DNA from: an uncultured Planctomycetota bacterium
Lineage (GTDB): Bacteria > Planctomycetota > PLA2 > JAEUHO01
Direction: 5' to 3'
DNA: 64,000 bases
NCBI GenBank assembly: GCA_963752285.1
Contig: CAVVXN010000003.1
Span: 1 to 64,000, forward strand
In this document: positions 62,144 to 64,000 of the stretch, piece after piece
Layout of the letters: each line of letters starts with the position of its first letter
Numbering within the stretch: the first letter of the stretch is position 1
Program-made: the position numbers and the translations under genes
The notes under the pieces: model-generated
The model's database searches: none
Told to the model about the DNA's origin: nothing
The model's input: only the letters and a program-made list of their open reading frames with translations

Positions 62144-62255
62144 GTGCGGGGGCCCGATCCTACGGAGGCGCCCGGGCGGGTCAAGGGGAGGAGCCCGGGG
62201 CCCGGCCCCGCGCCGGTCCGTCGCGGTCGCCGGACCGTCGCCGGGCTGGCGAGGG

Positions 62256-63998
62256 TCACGAGCCGAGGCGGGCCTCGAGCCGGCTCTTCATCTCCGCCCG
62301 GAGCATCTCACCGTCGGGGTACCCGCCGGCGATTCCGAGGTCCAGGTCCGCGTCCCAGAAGGCGCTCCCGAGCTTCTCGGCGAAGGCGTACTCCATCAGC
62401 CGGAACCAGCTCTCGGCGCCCGCGTCGTGGAACGCCCGGGTGGCGAGGTCGGCCACGGACTCGCTGCCCAGGTCGGCCCACGCGTAGTCCTTCGAGAGTG
62501 CGCCGTCCTCCACCTTCACCCCCTGCTCGGTCGCCTTCGAGATGGGCACGTACTTGCCTTCGATCTCGACGGTGCGCTCGTTCGCGGGGATCGCGTTCAG
62601 CTTGGCCGACAGGTCGATCTGGAACTTCACGAGGTGGTCCGCGATCGTGCGCCAGAACGCCAGCTCGGGGGAGAGCGTCCCGCCGCGCCGTTCCTGGAGG
62701 GGAGGCGGGACGAGCTGGGCGGCCTTCAGGAAGAGCTGCTGCTTCAGGGCCTCCTCGAACTTCGGGCGGGCGTCGTCCCAGGCCGCGCGCGCCGCGGCGA
62801 CCTCCTCTTCGGTCGCGAAGTGTTGGTCGGGGTGGGCCGGCATCTGACCGCTGGAGATCTGCACGACCCGGTGGTTCGCCTCCTCGCCCGCCTTCGTGCC
62901 GGAGAACTGGCTGGCGACGGCCCGGTACCGCCCGACCACCGCCGCGTCGTCGTCGGGACCCTTCCAGTGTTCGCGCGCCCAGCTCTCCGCCTTGGCCAGC
63001 GCGACCGAGGCGTCGGCCTCGCGCTTCACCGCGGGGTCCTCGGCCGGCGCCGCCGGAGGCGTCGGATGCTCCGTCGGCGCGGTCGGCGGGGTGACCATGG
63101 GCGTCGGGTTCGCGGACGTGGAGGGGGAGACGGGCGGCACGACGGGCGTGGGGAGGACGAGCGGCACGCCCTCCCCGGGCCCGGTGCCGCGCGACGCCAG
63201 GCCGCCATCCGTCCCGCTCGTCTCGGGTGCGGTCTTCTTCGTCGAGAGGAACACCAGCAGGGCCACCGCCACCAGGACCGCCAGCGCGGCGAGCGGACCC
63301 ACCGCGGACCGGTTCCGGCCCGCGGCGATGTGCGCCCGCATGCGCGAGCGGCGGCGCCGGAGCGTCGTCTTCTCGCGGAGGCTCTCGCCGCCGAACTTGT
63401 CGAGCGCGTCGAGAACCTCGACGGCCGACGGTCGCTCGTCCGGCACGCGGCGCGTCATCTGGCGCAGCAAGTCGCCGATCTCGCGCGGGATGCCCGGTCG
63501 GTGGCGCTCGGGTCGCAGCGGCTCTCCGCGGACGTGCGACCGCATGATCGACGGCACGTCCTGTCCCAGGTACGGCGGCTTCCCGACGAGCATGTGGTAG
63601 AGCGTCACGCCGAGGCTGTACACGTCGCTCTTCAGGACCGCGGCGCCCGACTCGCACGTCTCGGGCGCCATGAAGTGGGGCGTGCCCACGCGACGGAGGT
63701 CGCCGCCGGCCTCGCCGGCGAGACCGAAGTCCACGAGCTTGACGGTGCCGTCCTCGAGGAGGACGAGGTTCTGGGGCTTCACGTCGCGGTGGAGGATCTC
63801 GTTCGCATGGGCCGCGGCGAGGCCGTTCGCGGCCTGTCGCGTCACGCGGAGCGCGTCCATGACGTCGAGGCGGCCCTCGCGCTGGATCAGGTCGAGGACG
63901 GGGTCGCCGTCGAGGAGCTCCATGACGATGAAGTGGAGGTCGCCCTCGCGTCCGACGTCGTAGATCTTGAGGACGTTCTCGTTGTCGATGCGGGCGAT
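62256..63998 (-). CDS. Membrane Ser/Thr kinase (5' end outside window)
   Basis: HRDVKPQN, DFGLA, GTPHFMAPE, SDVYSLG; TM then a Pro-rich linker. Confidence 0.93.
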   Translation of the reverse strand: MARIDNENVLKIYDVGREGDLHFIVMELLDGDPVLDLIQREGRLDVMDALRVTRQAANGLAAAHANEILHRDVKPQNLVLLEDGTVKLVDFGLAGEAGGDLRRVGTPHFMAPETCESGAAVLKSDVYSLGVTLYHMLVGKPPYLGQDVPSIMRSHVRGEPLRPERHRPGIPREIGDLLRQMTRRVPDERPSAVEVLDALDKFGGESLREKTTLRRRRSRMRAHIAAGRNRSAVGPLAALAVLVAVALLVFLSTKKTAPETSGTDGGLASRGTGPGEGVPLVLPTPVVPPVSPSTSANPTPMVTPPTAPTEHPTPPAAPAEDPAVKREADASVALAKAESWAREHWKGPDDDAAVVGRYRAVASQFSGTKAGEEANHRVVQISSGQMPAHPDQHFATEEEVAAARAAWDDARPKFEEALKQQLFLKAAQLVPPPLQERRGGTLSPELAFWRTIADHLVKFQIDLSAKLNAIPANERTVEIEGKYVPISKATEQGVKVEDGALSKDYAWADLGSESVADLATRAFHDAGAESWFRLMEYAFAEKLGSAFWDADLDLGIAGGYPDGEMLRAEMKSRLEARLGS

Positions 63999-64000
63999 CG

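Overview
High-GC bacterial DNA; the gene content looks Planctomycetota-like, which is an inference. There are three zones. (1) 1-20.6 kb is a decaying, rearranged Rhs/YD polymorphic-toxin array. It has four Rhs modules that share near-identical cores but carry four unrelated C-terminal tips after DPxG, plus a fifth core remnant. Between them lie putative partner/immunity genes, an ISL3 fragment, a tRNA-Gly 3' half (att-like scar), short inter-module repeats and a complete IS66. (2) 20.6-48 kb holds a MoaD-like/beta-propeller pair, pstSCAB-phoU with a Pho-box-like promoter, a Tat molybdo-oxidoreductase with a PepSY-TM partner, an ECF sigma/anti-sigma pair and a transglutaminase-like lipoprotein. 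It also holds an IPT-S8-P-domain protease with an apparent C-terminal propeptide, an uncharacterised four-gene membrane operon (DUF6754-like) followed by an octaheme cytochrome, an 11x 49-50 bp G-rich tandem array, PhoD, and a sigma54 activator facing a sigma54 promoter for a tiny Pro-rich ORF. (3) 48-64 kb holds an RmuC-like protein, a C45 hydrolase, PP2C plus kinase, a MoxR-DUF58-SpoIIM-RDD cluster, a cyclase-FHA protein, tRNA-Gly(GCC) and a Ser/Thr kinase. Several single-base frameshifts may be sequencing errors. All family names come from recognising motifs by eye, not from database searches.
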